The position numbers were made by a program, and so were the translations under genes. This document shows, in pieces, positions 52,847 through 63,818 of a stretch of 64,000 nt of DNA. The stretch comes from Escherichia coli (GTDB taxonomy: Bacteria > Pseudomonadota > Gammaproteobacteria > Enterobacterales > Enterobacteriaceae): NCBI RefSeq assembly GCF_044324875.1, contig NZ_CP172185.1; one strand, given 5' to 3'. The notes beneath the pieces are model-generated. The model worked only from the letters and a program-made list of their open reading frames with translations. It had not been told where the DNA came from and searched no databases. Every line of letters starts with the position of its first letter. Position 1 is the first letter of the stretch.

Positions 52847-53635
52847 ATGCAAACGATTATCCGTGTCGAGAAGCTCGCCAAAACCTTCAATCAGCATCAG
52901 GCGCTGCACGCGGTTGATCTGAACATTCATCACGGTGAAATGGTGGCTCTGCTTGGGCCGTCGGGTTCCGGCAAATCCACCCTTTTACGTCACTTAAGCG
53001 GTTTGATTACCGGCGATAAATCTGCCGGTAGCCATATTGAGCTGCTGGGCCGCACAGTCCAGCGCGAAGGCCGCCTGGCCCGCGATATCCGCAAAAGCCG
53101 CGCCAACACCGGCTACATCTTCCAACAATTCAACCTGGTGAATCGCCTGAGCGTACTGGAGAACGTGCTGATTGGCGCGCTCGGCAGCACGCCATTCTGG
53201 CGCACCTGTTTTAGCTACTTCACTCGCGAGCAGAAACAGCGCGCGTTACAGGCGCTGACCCGCGTTGGCATGGTGCACTTTGCCCATCAGCGCGTTTCCA
53301 CCCTCTCCGGCGGACAGCAGCAGCGTGTGGCGATTGCCCGTGCGCTGATGCAGCAGGCGAAGGTGATTCTGGCCGATGAACCCATCGCCTCGCTGGACCC
53401 GGAATCGGCGCGCATCGTGATGGACACCCTGCGCGACATTAACCAGAACGACGGCATTACCGTGGTCGTCACGCTGCATCAGGTGGATTACGCCCTGCGC
53501 TACTGCGAACGCATCGTCGCCCTGCGCCAGGGGCACGTCTTCTACGACGGCAGCAGCCAACAGTTTGATAACGAACGTTTTGACCATCTCTACCGCAGCA
53601 TCAACCGCGTCGAAGAAAACGCGAAAGCTGCCTGA
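52847..53635 (+). CDS. phnC: Phosphonate ABC transporter ATPase
   Basis: 262 aa, Walker [10 protein letters not shown]. Confidence 0.95.
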   Translation: MQTIIRVEKLAKTFNQHQALHAVDLNIHHGEMVALLGPSGSGKSTLLRHLSGLITGDKSAGSHIELLGRTVQREGRLARDIRKSRANTGYIFQQFNLVNRLSVLENVLIGALGSTPFWRTCFSYFTREQKQRALQALTRVGMVHFAHQRVSTLSGGQQQRVAIARALMQQAKVILADEPIASLDPESARIVMDTLRDINQNDGITVVVTLHQVDYALRYCERIVALRQGHVFYDGSSQQFDNERFDHLYRSINRVEENAKAA

Positions 53636-53659
53636 CATCCCCATCATTGAGGAAAACGA

Positions 53660-54676
53660 ATGAACGCTAAGATAATTGCCTCGCTGGCCTTCACCAGCAT
53701 GTTCAGCCTCAGCACCCTGTTAAGCCCGGCGCACGCCGAAGAGCAGGAAAAGGCGCTGAATTTCGGCATTATTTCAACGGAATCACAGCAAAACCTGAAA
53801 CCGCAATGGACGCCGTTCTTACAGGATATGGAGAAGAAGCTGGGCGTAAAGGTCAACGCCTTCTTTGCCCCGGACTACGCGGGCATTATCCAGGGGATGC
53901 GCTTCAATAAAGTGGATATCGCCTGGTACGGCAATCTGTCGGCGATGGAAGCGGTGGATCGCGCCAACGGTCAGGTCTTCGCCCAGACGGTCGCGGCGGA
54001 TGGATCGCCGGGTTACTGGAGCGTGTTGATCGTCAACAAAGACAGTCCGATCAACAACCTGAACGATCTGCTGGCGAAGCGTAAAGATCTCACCTTCGGC
54101 AATGGCGATCCTAACTCCACCTCTGGCTTCCTCGTCCCCGACTACTACGTCTTCGCCAAAAACAATATCTCCGCCAGCGACTTCAAGCGCACCGTCAACG
54201 CCGGGCATGAAACCAACGCGCTGGCCGTCGCCAACAAGCAGGTGGATGTGGCGACCAACAACACCGAAAACCTCGACAAGCTGAAAACCTCCGCACCGGA
54301 GAAGCTCAAAGAACTGAAGGTGATCTGGAAATCGCCGCTGATCCCAGGCGATCCGATCGTCTGGCGCAAAAATCTGTCCGAAACCACCAAAGACAAGATC
54401 TACGACTTCTTTATGAACTACGGCAAGACGCCGGAAGAGAAAGCGGTGCTGGAGCGCCTGGGATGGGCCCCGTTCCGCGCCTCCAGCGACCTGCAACTGG
54501 TGCCGATTCGCCAACTCGCACTGTTTAAAGAGATGCAGGGCGTAAAAGGTAATAAAGGGCTGAATGAGCAGGACAAGCTGGCAAAAACCAGCGCCATTCA
54601 GGCGCAACTGGATGACCTGGACCGCCTGAACAACGCGTTAAGCGCGATGAGTTCGGTGAGTAAAGCGGTGCAGTAA
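53660..54676 (+). CDS. phnD: Phosphonate periplasmic binding protein
   Basis: 338 aa with signal peptide. Confidence 0.95.
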   Translation: MNAKIIASLAFTSMFSLSTLLSPAHAEEQEKALNFGIISTESQQNLKPQWTPFLQDMEKKLGVKVNAFFAPDYAGIIQGMRFNKVDIAWYGNLSAMEAVDRANGQVFAQTVAADGSPGYWSVLIVNKDSPINNLNDLLAKRKDLTFGNGDPNSTSGFLVPDYYVFAKNNISASDFKRTVNAGHETNALAVANKQVDVATNNTENLDKLKTSAPEKLKELKVIWKSPLIPGDPIVWRKNLSETTKDKIYDFFMNYGKTPEEKAVLERLGWAPFRASSDLQLVPIRQLALFKEMQGVKGNKGLNEQDKLAKTSAIQAQLDDLDRLNNALSAMSSVSKAVQ

Positions 54677-54679
54677 ATC

Positions 54680-54780
54680 GTAAGTCGGATAAGACGCCAC
54701 GGCGTCGCATCCGACAATGTGCAGACGTTGATGCCGGATGCGGTGCAAGCACCTTATCCGGCCTACAGACCGGAGCCAAA
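54680..54780. repeat. REP element between phnD and phnE
   Basis: GTCGGATAAGACGCC...GCGTCGCATCCGACA and GCCGGATGCGGTGCAAGCACCTTATCCGGCCTAC. Confidence 0.6.
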
Positions 54781-54781
54781 C

Positions 54782-55561
54782 ATGCAAACCATCACCATCG
54801 CCCCACCCAAGCGCAGCTGGTTCTCGCTTCTGAGCTGGGCCGTTGTTCTCGCCGTGCTGGTCGTCTCGTGGCAGGGCGCGGAAATGGCCCCGCTCACGCT
54901 GATTAAAGACGGCGGCAACATGGCAACCTTCGCCGCCGACTTCTTCCCGCCCGATTTCAGCCAGTGGCAGGATTACCTCACCGAAATGGCCGTCACGCTG
55001 CAAATCGCCGTCTGGGGCACCGCGCTGGCGGTGGTTCTCTCCATCCCCTTTGGCCTGATGAGCGCCGAAAACCTGGTGCCGTGGTGGGTTTACCAGCCCG
55101 TTCGCCGCCTGATGGACGCCTGCCGCGCCATTAACGAGATGGTCTTCGCCATGCTGTTCGTGGTCGCCGTCGGTCTCGGTCCGTTCGCTGGCGTACTGGC
55201 GCTGTTTATCCACACCACCGGCGTACTCTCCAAACTGCTTTCCGAAGCGGTAGAAGCAATTGAACCCGGCCCGGTGGAAGGTATTCGCGCCACCGGTGCC
55301 AACAAGCTCGAAGAGATCCTCTACGGCGTGCTGCCGCAGGTGATGCCGCTGCTGATCTCCTACTCCCTCTATCGCTTCGAATCCAACGTCCGTTCGGCCA
55401 CCGTTGTTGGCATGGTCGGCGCGGGCGGGATCGGCGTCACCCTGTGGGAAGCGATTCGCGGTTTCCAGTTCCAGCAAACCTGCGCCCTGATGGTGCTGAT
55501 TATCGTCACGGTCAGCCTGCTGGATTTCCTCTCTCAACGGTTGCGTAAGCACTTTATCTGA
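54782..55561 (+). CDS. phnE: Phosphonate ABC transporter permease, intact
   Basis: Start trimmed to [11 protein letters not shown]; uninterrupted 259 aa. Confidence 0.9.
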
Positions 55562-55581
55562 TAAGCGAGGCATTGATATCT

Positions 55582-56307
55582 ATGCACTTGTCTACACATC
55601 CGACCAGCTACCCAACACGCTATCAGGAGATAGCCGCAAAACTTGAGCAGGAGCTTCGTCAACACTACCGCTGCGGCGACTATCTTCCCGCCGAGCAGCA
55701 ACTGGCGGCGCGCTTTGAGGTGAACCGCCACACCCTGCGCCGCGCCATCGACCAACTGGTGGAAAAAGGCTGGGTACAGCGCCGTCAGGGCGTCGGCGTG
55801 CTGGTACTGATGCGCCCGTTCGATTACCCGCTCAACGCCCAGGCGCGTTTTAGCCAGAACCTGCTGGATCAGGGCAGCCATCCCACCAGCGAAAAACTGC
55901 TGTCGGTGCTGCGCCCGGCCTCCGGTCACGTCGCTGACGCGCTGGGGATAACCGAGGGCGAGAACGTTATCCACCTGCGCACCCTGCGTCGGGTCAACGG
56001 CGTCGCGCTCTGTTTAATCGACCACTACTTTGCGGATCTCACCCTCTGGCCGACGCTGCAACGCTTCGACAGCGGCTCGCTGCACGATTTTCTGCGCGAG
56101 CAAACGGGGATTGCGCTGCGCCGCAGCCAGACGCGGATCAGCGCCCGCCGCGCCCAGGCCAAAGAGTGCCAGCGTCTTGAAATCCCGAATATGTCGCCGC
56201 TGCTGTGCGTGCGCACCCTTAACCACCGTGACGGTGAAAGCAGCCCGGCGGAGTACTCCGTCAGCCTGACGCGCGCCGACATGATTGAATTCACTATGGA
56301 GCACTGA
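55582..56307 (+). CDS. phnF: GntR-family regulator PhnF
   Basis: Start trimmed from TTG to MHLSTHPTSYP; 241 aa. Confidence 0.9.
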   Translation: MHLSTHPTSYPTRYQEIAAKLEQELRQHYRCGDYLPAEQQLAARFEVNRHTLRRAIDQLVEKGWVQRRQGVGVLVLMRPFDYPLNAQARFSQNLLDQGSHPTSEKLLSVLRPASGHVADALGITEGENVIHLRTLRRVNGVALCLIDHYFADLTLWPTLQRFDSGSLHDFLREQTGIALRRSQTRISARRAQAKECQRLEIPNMSPLLCVRTLNHRDGESSPAEYSVSLTRADMIEFTMEH

Positions 56308-56760
56308 ATGCACGCAGATACCGCGACCCGCCAGCACTGGATGTCCATACTGGCACACAGCCAACCGGCTGAACTGGCAGCCCGCCTGAAGGCGCTGAAC
56401 ATCACTGCCGACTATGAAGTAATCCGCGCCGCTGAAACCGGCCTGGTGCAGATTCAGGCGCGGATGGGTGGCACCGGCGAACGCTTTTTTGCTGGCGACG
56501 CCACGCTCACCCGCGCCACCGTACGCCTGACTGACGGCACGCTCGGCTACAGCTGGGTGCTGGGGCGCGACAAACAGCACGCCGAACGCTGCGCGCTGAT
56601 TGACGCGCTGATGCAGCAAACCCGCCATTTTCAAAACTTATCAGAAACCCTTATTGCCCCGCTGGACGCTGACCGTATGGCACGCATTGCCGCACGCCAG
56701 GCCGAAGTGAACGCCAGCCGGGTCGACTTCTTTACGATGGTTCGCGGAGATAACGCATGA
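56308..56760 (+). CDS. phnG: C-P lyase subunit PhnG
   Basis: 150 aa. Confidence 0.95.
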   Translation: MHADTATRQHWMSILAHSQPAELAARLKALNITADYEVIRAAETGLVQIQARMGGTGERFFAGDATLTRATVRLTDGTLGYSWVLGRDKQHAERCALIDALMQQTRHFQNLSETLIAPLDADRMARIAARQAEVNASRVDFFTMVRGDNA

Positions 56761-57341
56761 CCCTGGAAACCGCTTTTATGCTTCCTGTGCAGGATGCCCA
56801 GCACAGTTTTCGTCGCCTGTTAAAGGCCATGAGCGAGCCGGGCGTGATTGTCGCCCTGCATCAGCTCAAACGCGGCTGGCAGCCGCTGAATATCGCCACC
56901 ACCAGCGTGCTGCTGACGCTGGCCGATAACGACACGCCGGTGTGGCTTTCTGCGCCATTAAGTAACGATATCGTCAGCCAGAGCCTGCGTTTTCATACCA
57001 ACGCGCCGCTGGTCAATCAGCCGGAACTGGCGACCTTCGCGGTAACGGATGAGGCGATTTCCAGCGAACAGCTTAACGCCCTTTCCAGCGGCACCGCTGT
57101 TGCGCCAGAAGCGGGCGCGACGCTGATTTTACAGGTCGTCAGCCTGAGCGGCGGGCGCATGCTGCGCCTTACTGGCGCGGGTATTGCCGAAGAACGAATG
57201 ATCGCCCCGCAGCTGCCGGAGTGCATTCTGCACGAACTTACCGAGCGCCCGCACCCGTTCCCGCTCGGCATCGACCTGATCCTGACCTGCGGCGAGCGGC
57301 TGCTGGCTATCCCGCGAACCACTCATGTGGAGGTGTGCTGA
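56757..57341 (+). CDS. phnH: C-P lyase subunit PhnH
   Basis: 194 aa. Confidence 0.95.
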   Translation: MTLETAFMLPVQDAQHSFRRLLKAMSEPGVIVALHQLKRGWQPLNIATTSVLLTLADNDTPVWLSAPLSNDIVSQSLRFHTNAPLVNQPELATFAVTDEAISSEQLNALSSGTAVAPEAGATLILQVVSLSGGRMLRLTGAGIAEERMIAPQLPECILHELTERPHPFPLGIDLILTCGERLLAIPRTTHVEVC

Positions 57342-58405
57342 TGTACGTTGCCGTGAAAGGGGGCGAGAAGGCGATCGACGCCGCCCACGCCCTGCAAGAG
57401 AGCCGACGCCGGGGCAATACCGATTTGCCTGAACTGAGCGTCGCCCAGATTGAACAGCAGCTTAACCTCGCGGTAGATCGCGTGATGACCGAAGGCGGCA
57501 TTGCCGACCGCGAACTGGCGGCGCTGGCGCTGAAACAGGCCAGCGGCGATAACGTCGAAGCAATTTTCCTGCTGCGCGCCTACCGTACCACGCTGGCGAA
57601 GCTGGCGGTAAGCGAGCCGCTCGACACCACGGAGATGCGTCTCGAACGGCGTATTTCAGCGGTGTATAAAGATATTCCCGGCGGCCAGCTGCTTGGCCCA
57701 ACCTACGACTACACCCACCGCCTGCTCGATTTCACCCTGCTGGCAAACGGCGAAGCGCCGACGCTGACCACAGCCGACAGCGAACAACAGCCGTCGCCGC
57801 ACGTTTTCAGCCTGCTGGCGCGTCAGGGGCTGGCGAAGTTTGAAGAGGATAGCGGCGCACAGCCGGATGACATCACCCGCACGCCGCCGGTTTACCCCTG
57901 CTCACGCTCCTCCCGCCTGCAACAATTAATGCGCGGGGACGAAGGCTATTTGCTGGCGCTGGCCTACTCCACCCAGCGTGGTTACGGGCGCAATCACCCG
58001 TTCGCAGGCGAAATCCGCAGCGGCTATATCGACGTGTCGATTGTGCCGGAAGAGCTGGGATTTGCGGTGAACGTCGGCGAACTGCTGATGACCGAATGTG
58101 AAATGGTCAACGGTTTTATCGACCCGCCGGATGAGCCGCCGCACTTCACGCGCGGCTACGGGCTGGTGTTCGGCATGAGCGAGCGCAAAGCGATGGCGAT
58201 GGCGCTGGTTGACCGTGCGTTGCAGGCTCCGGAGTACGGCGAGCACGCGACAGGCCCGGCGCAGGATGAAGAGTTCGTGCTGGCGCATGCCGACAACGTC
58301 GAAGCCGCAGGCTTTGTCTCGCACCTCAAACTCCCCCACTACGTCGATTTCCAGGCCGAACTGGAGCTACTCAAACGTCTGCAACAGGAGCAGAACCATG
58401 GCTAA
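57341..58405 (+). CDS. phnI: C-P lyase subunit PhnI
   Basis: Start trimmed to [13 protein letters not shown]; 354 aa; 1-nt overlap with phnH stop. Confidence 0.9.
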   Translation: MYVAVKGGEKAIDAAHALQESRRRGNTDLPELSVAQIEQQLNLAVDRVMTEGGIADRELAALALKQASGDNVEAIFLLRAYRTTLAKLAVSEPLDTTEMRLERRISAVYKDIPGGQLLGPTYDYTHRLLDFTLLANGEAPTLTTADSEQQPSPHVFSLLARQGLAKFEEDSGAQPDDITRTPPVYPCSRSSRLQQLMRGDEGYLLALAYSTQRGYGRNHPFAGEIRSGYIDVSIVPEELGFAVNVGELLMTECEMVNGFIDPPDEPPHFTRGYGLVFGMSERKAMAMALVDRALQAPEYGEHATGPAQDEEFVLAHADNVEAAGFVSHLKLPHYVDFQAELELLKRLQQEQNHG

Positions 58406-59243
58406 TCTGAGCGGCTACAACTTTGCTTACCTCGACGAGCAGACCAAACGCATGATCCGCCGCGCCATCTTAAAAGCGGTGGCGATCCCCGGTTATCAGG
58501 TGCCGTTTGGCGGGCGCGAGATGCCGATGCCGTACGGCTGGGGAACCGGCGGCATACAGCTTACCGCCAGCGTGATTGGCGAAAGCGATGTGCTGAAGGT
58601 GATTGACCAGGGCGCGGATGACACCACCAACGCCGTGTCGATTCGCAACTTCTTTAAGCGCGTGACCGGGGTAAACACCACTGAACGTACGGACGATGCG
58701 ACGCTTATCCAGACGCGCCACCGCATCCCCGAAACGCCGCTGACCGAAGATCAGATCATTATTTTCCAGGTGCCGATCCCGGAACCGCTGCGCTTTATCG
58801 AGCCGCGCGAAACGGAGACCCGCACTATGCACGCGCTGGAGGAGTACGGCGTGATGCAGGTGAAACTGTATGAAGATATCGCCCGCTTCGGTCATATCGC
58901 CACCACCTATGCCTATCCGGTGAAGGTGAACGGGCGCTACGTGATGGACCCGTCGCCGATCCCGAAATTCGATAACCCAAAAATGGACATGATGCCCGCC
59001 CTGCAGCTGTTCGGCGCAGGACGCGAGAAGCGCATCTATGCGGTGCCGCCGTTTACCCGCGTGGAAAGCCTCGATTTCGACGATCACCCGTTCACCGTTC
59101 AACAGTGGGATGAGCCGTGCGCCATCTGCGGATCGACCCACAGCTATCTCGACGAAGTGGTACTGGATGACGCCGGAAACCGCATGTTTGTCTGCTCCGA
59201 TACCGATTATTGCCGCCAACAGAGCGAGGCGAAAAGCCAATGA
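58398..59243 (+). CDS. phnJ: C-P lyase PhnJ
   Basis: Start trimmed to MANLSGYNFAYLDEQ; 281 aa; C-terminal Cys cluster. Confidence 0.9.
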   Translation: MANLSGYNFAYLDEQTKRMIRRAILKAVAIPGYQVPFGGREMPMPYGWGTGGIQLTASVIGESDVLKVIDQGADDTTNAVSIRNFFKRVTGVNTTERTDDATLIQTRHRIPETPLTEDQIIIFQVPIPEPLRFIEPRETETRTMHALEEYGVMQVKLYEDIARFGHIATTYAYPVKVNGRYVMDPSPIPKFDNPKMDMMPALQLFGAGREKRIYAVPPFTRVESLDFDDHPFTVQQWDEPCAICGSTHSYLDEVVLDDAGNRMFVCSDTDYCRQQSEAKSQ

Positions 59244-59998
59244 ATCAACCGTTACTTTCGGTCAATAACCTGACCCACCTTTACGCGCCGGGCAAAGGCT
59301 TTAGCGATGTTTCTTTTGATTTATGGCCGGGGGAAGTGCTGGGCATCGTCGGGGAATCCGGCTCCGGGAAGACCACGCTGCTGAAATCAATCTCCGCGCG
59401 CCTGACGCCGCAGCAGGGGGAGATTCGCTATGAAAACCGCTCCCTCTATGGCATGAGCGAAGCCGACCGCCGCCGTTTACTGCGCACCGAATGGGGCGTG
59501 GTACATCAGCATCCGCTCGACGGCCTGCGCCGCCAGGTGTCGGCAGGCGGCAATATCGGCGAGCGGCTGATGGCGACCGGGGCGCGTCATTACGGCGACA
59601 TCCGCGCCACCGCGCAGAAGTGGCTGGAAGAGGTGGAGATTCCCGCCAACCGGATCGACGACCTGCCGACCACCTTTTCCGGCGGCATGCAGCAACGTTT
59701 GCAGATTGCCCGCAACCTGGTGACGCATCCGAAGCTGGTGTTTATGGACGAACCAACCGGCGGGCTGGATGTGTCGGTGCAGGCGCGCCTGCTCGACCTG
59801 CTGCGCGGCCTGGTGGTGGAGCTGAACCTGGCGGTGGTGATTGTCACCCACGATTTAGGCGTCGCCCGCCTGCTGGCGGACCGTTTGCTGGTGATGAAGC
59901 AGGGGCAAGTAGTGGAGAGTGGGTTAACCGACCGCGTGCTCGACGACCCTCACCATCCATATACCCAGCTGCTGGTGTCATCGGTTTTGCAGAATTGA
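59240..59998 (+). CDS. phnK: ABC-ATPase-like PhnK
   Basis: Start trimmed to [11 protein letters not shown]; 252 aa. Confidence 0.9.
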   Translation: MNQPLLSVNNLTHLYAPGKGFSDVSFDLWPGEVLGIVGESGSGKTTLLKSISARLTPQQGEIRYENRSLYGMSEADRRRLLRTEWGVVHQHPLDGLRRQVSAGGNIGERLMATGARHYGDIRATAQKWLEEVEIPANRIDDLPTTFSGGMQQRLQIARNLVTHPKLVFMDEPTGGLDVSVQARLLDLLRGLVVELNLAVVIVTHDLGVARLLADRLLVMKQGQVVESGLTDRVLDDPHHPYTQLLVSSVLQN

Positions 59999-59999
59999 G

Positions 60000-60100
60000 C
60001 CAGTGCCGGATACGGCGTAAACGCCTTATCCGGCCGACAAATGCGCTCCCCGTAGGTCGGATAAGACGCGTCAGCGTCGCATCCGACACCCGAACCACGA
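60000..60100. repeat. REP element between phnK and phnL
   Basis: GCCGGATACGGCGTAAACGCCTTATCCGGCC and GTCGGATAAGACGCGTCAGCGTCGCATCCGACA. Confidence 0.6.
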
Positions 60101-60108
60101 GGCGAAAA

Positions 60109-60789
60109 ATGATTAACGTACAAAACGTCAGTAAAACCTTCATCCTGCACCAGCAAAACGGCGTGCGCCTGCCCGTCTTACAACGTGCCTCGCTCACCGT
60201 CAACGCAGGCGAATGCGTGGTGCTTCACGGCCACTCCGGCAGCGGAAAATCAACCCTGCTGCGCTCGCTGTACGCCAACTATCTGCCCGATGAAGGTCAA
60301 ATCCAGATCAAACACGGTGATGAGTGGGTAGACCTGATCACCGCGCCAGCCCGCAAAGTGGTGGAGATCCGCAAAACCACCATCGGCTGGGTGAGCCAGT
60401 TTCTGCGCGTCATCCCGCGTATTTCGGCACTGGAAGTGGTGATGCAGCCTCTGCTCGATACCGGCGTACCGCGTGAAGCCTGCGCCGCTAAAGCCGCCCG
60501 ATTACTGACGCGCCTGAACGTGCCTGAACGCCTGTGGCACCTGGCACCATCGACCTTCTCCGGCGGCGAACAGCAGCGCGTCAACATCGCCCGTGGCTTT
60601 ATCGTCGACTATCCGATTCTGCTGCTGGATGAACCCACCGCCTCGCTGGACGCTAAAAACAGCGCCGCGGTGGTGGAACTCATTCGCGAAGCCAAAGCCC
60701 GTGGCGCGGCCATCGTCGGTATCTTCCATGACGAAGCCGTACGCAATGACGTCGCCGACCGCCTGCACCCGATGGGAGCCTCTTCATGA
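60109..60789 (+). CDS. phnL: ABC-ATPase-like PhnL
   Basis: Real start [11 protein letters not shown] inside the longer 59491..60789 ORF; 226 aa. Confidence 0.9.
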   Translation: MINVQNVSKTFILHQQNGVRLPVLQRASLTVNAGECVVLHGHSGSGKSTLLRSLYANYLPDEGQIQIKHGDEWVDLITAPARKVVEIRKTTIGWVSQFLRVIPRISALEVVMQPLLDTGVPREACAAKAARLLTRLNVPERLWHLAPSTFSGGEQQRVNIARGFIVDYPILLLDEPTASLDAKNSAAVVELIREAKARGAAIVGIFHDEAVRNDVADRLHPMGASS

Positions 60790-61922
60790 TTATCAATAAC
60801 GTCAAACTGGTGCTGGAAAACGAAGTGGTGCACGGTTCACTGGAGGTGCAGGATGGCGAAATCCGCGCCTTTGCCGAAAGCCAGAGCCGCCAGCCGGAAG
60901 CGATGGACGGCGAAGGTGGCTGGCTACTGCCCGGACTGATTGAGCTGCATACCGACAACCTCGATAAATTCTTCACCCCGCGCCCGAAAGTTGACTGGCC
61001 TGCCCACTCGGCGATGAGCAGCCACGACGCGCTGATGGTGGCAAGCGGCATCACCACCGTACTGGACGCGGTGGCGATTGGCGACGTGCGCGACGGCGGC
61101 GATCGGCTGGAGAATCTGGAGAAGATGATCAACGCCATCGAAGAGACGCAGAAACGCGGCGTCAACCGCGCCGAGCACCGCCTGCACCTGCGCTGCGAAC
61201 TGCCGCACCACACCACGTTGCCGCTGTTTGAAAAACTGGTGCAGCGCGAACCTGTGACGCTGGTATCGCTGATGGACCACTCGCCAGGCCAGCGCCAGTT
61301 CGCCAATCGCGAGAAGTATCGCGAATATTATCAGGGCAAATATTCCCTCACCGATGCGCAGATGCAGCAGTACGAAGAAGAGCAATTGGCGCTCGCCGCA
61401 CGCTGGTCGCAGCCAAATCGCGAAACCATCGCCGCAATGTGCCGCGCGCGATACATTGCGCTCGCCAGCCACGATGACGCCACGCACGCCCACGTTGCCG
61501 AATCCCACCAGCTTGGCAGCGTGATTGCCGAATTTCCCACCACGTTCGAAGCGGCAGAAGCCTCGCGCAAGCATGGCATGAACGTGCTGATGGGCGCGCC
61601 GAATATCGTGCGCGGCGGTTCGCACTCCGGCAACGTGGCGGCCAGTGAACTGGCGCAGCTTGGCCTGCTGGATATCCTCTCTTCCGACTACTACCCCGCC
61701 AGCCTGCTCGATGCGGCATTTCGCGTCGCCGATGACGAGAGCAACCGCTTTACGCTGCCGCAGGCGGTGAAGCTGGTGACTAAAAATCCGGCGCAGGCGC
61801 TTAATCTTCAGGATCGCGGAGTGATTGGCGAGGGCAAACGCGCCGACCTGGTGCTGGCGCATCGCAAGGGCAACCACATTCATATCGACCACGTCTGGCG
61901 TCAGGGTAAAAGGGTGTTCTGA
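60786..61922 (+). CDS. phnM: PhnM amidohydrolase-family C-P lyase component
   Basis: 378 aa. Confidence 0.95.
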   Translation: MIINNVKLVLENEVVHGSLEVQDGEIRAFAESQSRQPEAMDGEGGWLLPGLIELHTDNLDKFFTPRPKVDWPAHSAMSSHDALMVASGITTVLDAVAIGDVRDGGDRLENLEKMINAIEETQKRGVNRAEHRLHLRCELPHHTTLPLFEKLVQREPVTLVSLMDHSPGQRQFANREKYREYYQGKYSLTDAQMQQYEEEQLALAARWSQPNRETIAAMCRARYIALASHDDATHAHVAESHQLGSVIAEFPTTFEAAEASRKHGMNVLMGAPNIVRGGSHSGNVAASELAQLGLLDILSSDYYPASLLDAAFRVADDESNRFTLPQAVKLVTKNPAQALNLQDRGVIGEGKRADLVLAHRKGNHIHIDHVWRQGKRVF

Positions 61923-62479
61923 TGACGGGAAAACTGATTTGGTTAATGGGGGCCTCTGGCTCCGGAAAAGACAGTCTGTTGACGGAACTTCGCCAGCGGG
62001 AACAAACTCAGCTACTGGTAGCGCATCGCTACATCACGCGCGCCGCCAGCGCCGGAAGTGAAAACCATATCGCCCTGAGCGAGCAGGAGTTTTTTACCCG
62101 CGCGGGGCAGAACCTTCTGGCCTTAAGCTGGCACGCTAACGGTCTGTATTATGGCGTCGGCGTCGAGATTGACCTCTGGCTGCACGCCGGATTCGACGTG
62201 CTGGTCAACGGCTCACGCGCGCATTTGCCGCAGGCACGGGCGCGCTATCAATCGGCGCTGTTGCCCGTTTGTTTACAGGTTTCGCCGGAGATCCTGCGCC
62301 AGCGCCTGGAAAACCGTGGTCGTGAAAATGCCAGTGAAATTAACGCCCGACTGGCACGCGCTGCCCGCTATACTCCTCAGGATTGTCTTACGCTCAATAA
62401 TGACGGCAGCCTGCGCCAGTCGGTCGACAAGCTGCTGACGCTGATTCATCAGAAGGAGAAACACCATGCCTGCTTGTGA
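61922..62479 (+). CDS. phnN: Ribose 1,5-bisphosphate phosphokinase PhnN
   Basis: 185 aa, P-loop GASGSGKDS. Confidence 0.95.
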   Translation: MTGKLIWLMGASGSGKDSLLTELRQREQTQLLVAHRYITRAASAGSENHIALSEQEFFTRAGQNLLALSWHANGLYYGVGVEIDLWLHAGFDVLVNGSRAHLPQARARYQSALLPVCLQVSPEILRQRLENRGRENASEINARLARAARYTPQDCLTLNNDGSLRQSVDKLLTLIHQKEKHHACL

Positions 62480-62900
62480 GCTTCGCCCGGCTACGCAGTA
62501 CGACACCGACGCAGTTTACGCGCTGATTTGTGAGCTAAAACAGGCGGAGTTTGACCACCACGCGTTTCGCGTGGGCTTTAACGCCAACCTGCGCGACCCA
62601 AACATGCGCTACCATCTGGCGCTACTGGATGGCGAAGTTGTCGGCATGATCGGCCTGCATTTGCAGTTTCATCTGCATCATGTCAACTGGATCGGCGAAA
62701 TTCAGGAACTGGTGGTGATGCCGCAGGCGCGCGGTCTGAACATCGGCAGTAAATTACTGGCATGGGCAGAAGAAGAAGCCCGCCAGGCCGGGGCCGAAAT
62801 GACCGAGCTTTCGACCAACGTGAAGCGCCACGACGCGCACCGTTTCTATCTGCGCGAAGGCTACGAGCAGAGCCATTTCCGCTTCACCAAGGCGCTGTAA
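62466..62900 (+). CDS. phnO: Aminoalkylphosphonate N-acetyltransferase PhnO
   Basis: 144 aa GNAT. Confidence 0.95.
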   Translation: MPACELRPATQYDTDAVYALICELKQAEFDHHAFRVGFNANLRDPNMRYHLALLDGEVVGMIGLHLQFHLHHVNWIGEIQELVVMPQARGLNIGSKLLAWAEEEARQAGAEMTELSTNVKRHDAHRFYLREGYEQSHFRFTKAL

Positions 62901-62901
62901 C

Positions 62902-63660
62902 ATGAGCCTGACCCTCACACTTACTGGCACTGGCGGCGCACAGGGCGTTCCCGCATGGGGCTGTGAGTGCGCGGCCTGCGCCAGAGCGCGGCGCTCACCG
63001 CAGTATCGCCGCCAGCCATGCAGCGGCGTCGTGAAGTTTAACGACGCGATCACCCTGATCGACGCCGGGCTGCACGATCTCGCCGATCGCTGGTCGCCCG
63101 GATCGTTCCAGCAGTTTTTGCTGACGCACTACCATATGGATCACGTGCAGGGGCTGTTTCCGCTGCGCTGGGGCGTGGGCGATTCGATCCCGGTCTACGG
63201 CCCGCCGGATGAACAGGGCTGCGACGATCTGTTTAAACATCCGGGCCTGCTTGATTTCAGCCACACGGTGGAACCGTTTGTAGTGTTTGATTTGCAGGGA
63301 TTACAGGTCACGCCGCTGCCGCTCAATCATTCGAAACTCACTTTCGGCTATTTACTGGAAACGGCACATAGCCGGGTGGCGTGGCTGTCTGACACCGCAG
63401 GCCTGCCGGAAAAAACGCTGAAATTTTTACGCAATAATCAGCCACAGGTAATGGTGATTGATTGCAGCCACCCACCGCGCGAGGATGCACCGCGTAATCA
63501 CTGTGATTTAAATACCGTGCTTGCGCTGAATCAGGTTATCCGCTCGCCACGGGTGATTCTGACCCATATCAGCCACCAGTTTGATGCGTGGCTGATGGAA
63601 AACGCACTGCCGTCGGGGTTTGAGGCGGGGTTTGATGGGATGGAGATTGGGGTGGCGTGA
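62902..63660 (+). CDS. phnP: Metallo-beta-lactamase-fold phosphodiesterase PhnP
   Basis: 252 aa with HxHxDH motif ([10 protein letters not shown]). Confidence 0.95.
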   Translation: MSLTLTLTGTGGAQGVPAWGCECAACARARRSPQYRRQPCSGVVKFNDAITLIDAGLHDLADRWSPGSFQQFLLTHYHMDHVQGLFPLRWGVGDSIPVYGPPDEQGCDDLFKHPGLLDFSHTVEPFVVFDLQGLQVTPLPLNHSKLTFGYLLETAHSRVAWLSDTAGLPEKTLKFLRNNQPQVMVIDCSHPPREDAPRNHCDLNTVLALNQVIRSPRVILTHISHQFDAWLMENALPSGFEAGFDGMEIGVA

Positions 63661-63682
63661 TGGGAGGGAATGTGCGCGCTGG

Positions 63683-63795
63683 CCCCCTCACCCTAACCCT
63701 CTCCCCAGAGGGGCGAGGGGACCGATTGTGCTCGATATTGAATATTGCGCTGGTTTTCTCCCTCGCCCCATTGGGGAGAGGGCCGGGGTGAGAGG
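63683..63795. repeat. Long imperfect palindrome (intergenic repeat element) downstream of phnP
   Basis: CCCTCTCCCCAGAGGGGCGAGGGGA ... TCCCTCGCCCCATTGGGGAGAGGG, flanked by CCCCTCACCC / GGGGTGAGAGG. Confidence 0.6.
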
Positions 63796-63818
63796 CGATG
63801 CCTGCTCCATACCCAACA

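Noticed and set aside
53819-55573. 262-aa and 311-aa minus-strand ORFs across phnD and phnE
   Set aside because: Antisense to conserved phn genes; Gly/Arg/Val-rich junk frames.
59491-60108. N-terminal 200-codon extension of the phnL ORF (432-aa track ORF)
   Set aside because: The extension is an Arg/Pro/Gly-rich alternate frame over the phnK 3' end and a REP element; the real phnL start is MINVQNV at 60109.
60924-61892. 322-aa minus-strand ORF inside phnM
   Set aside because: Antisense to phnM.
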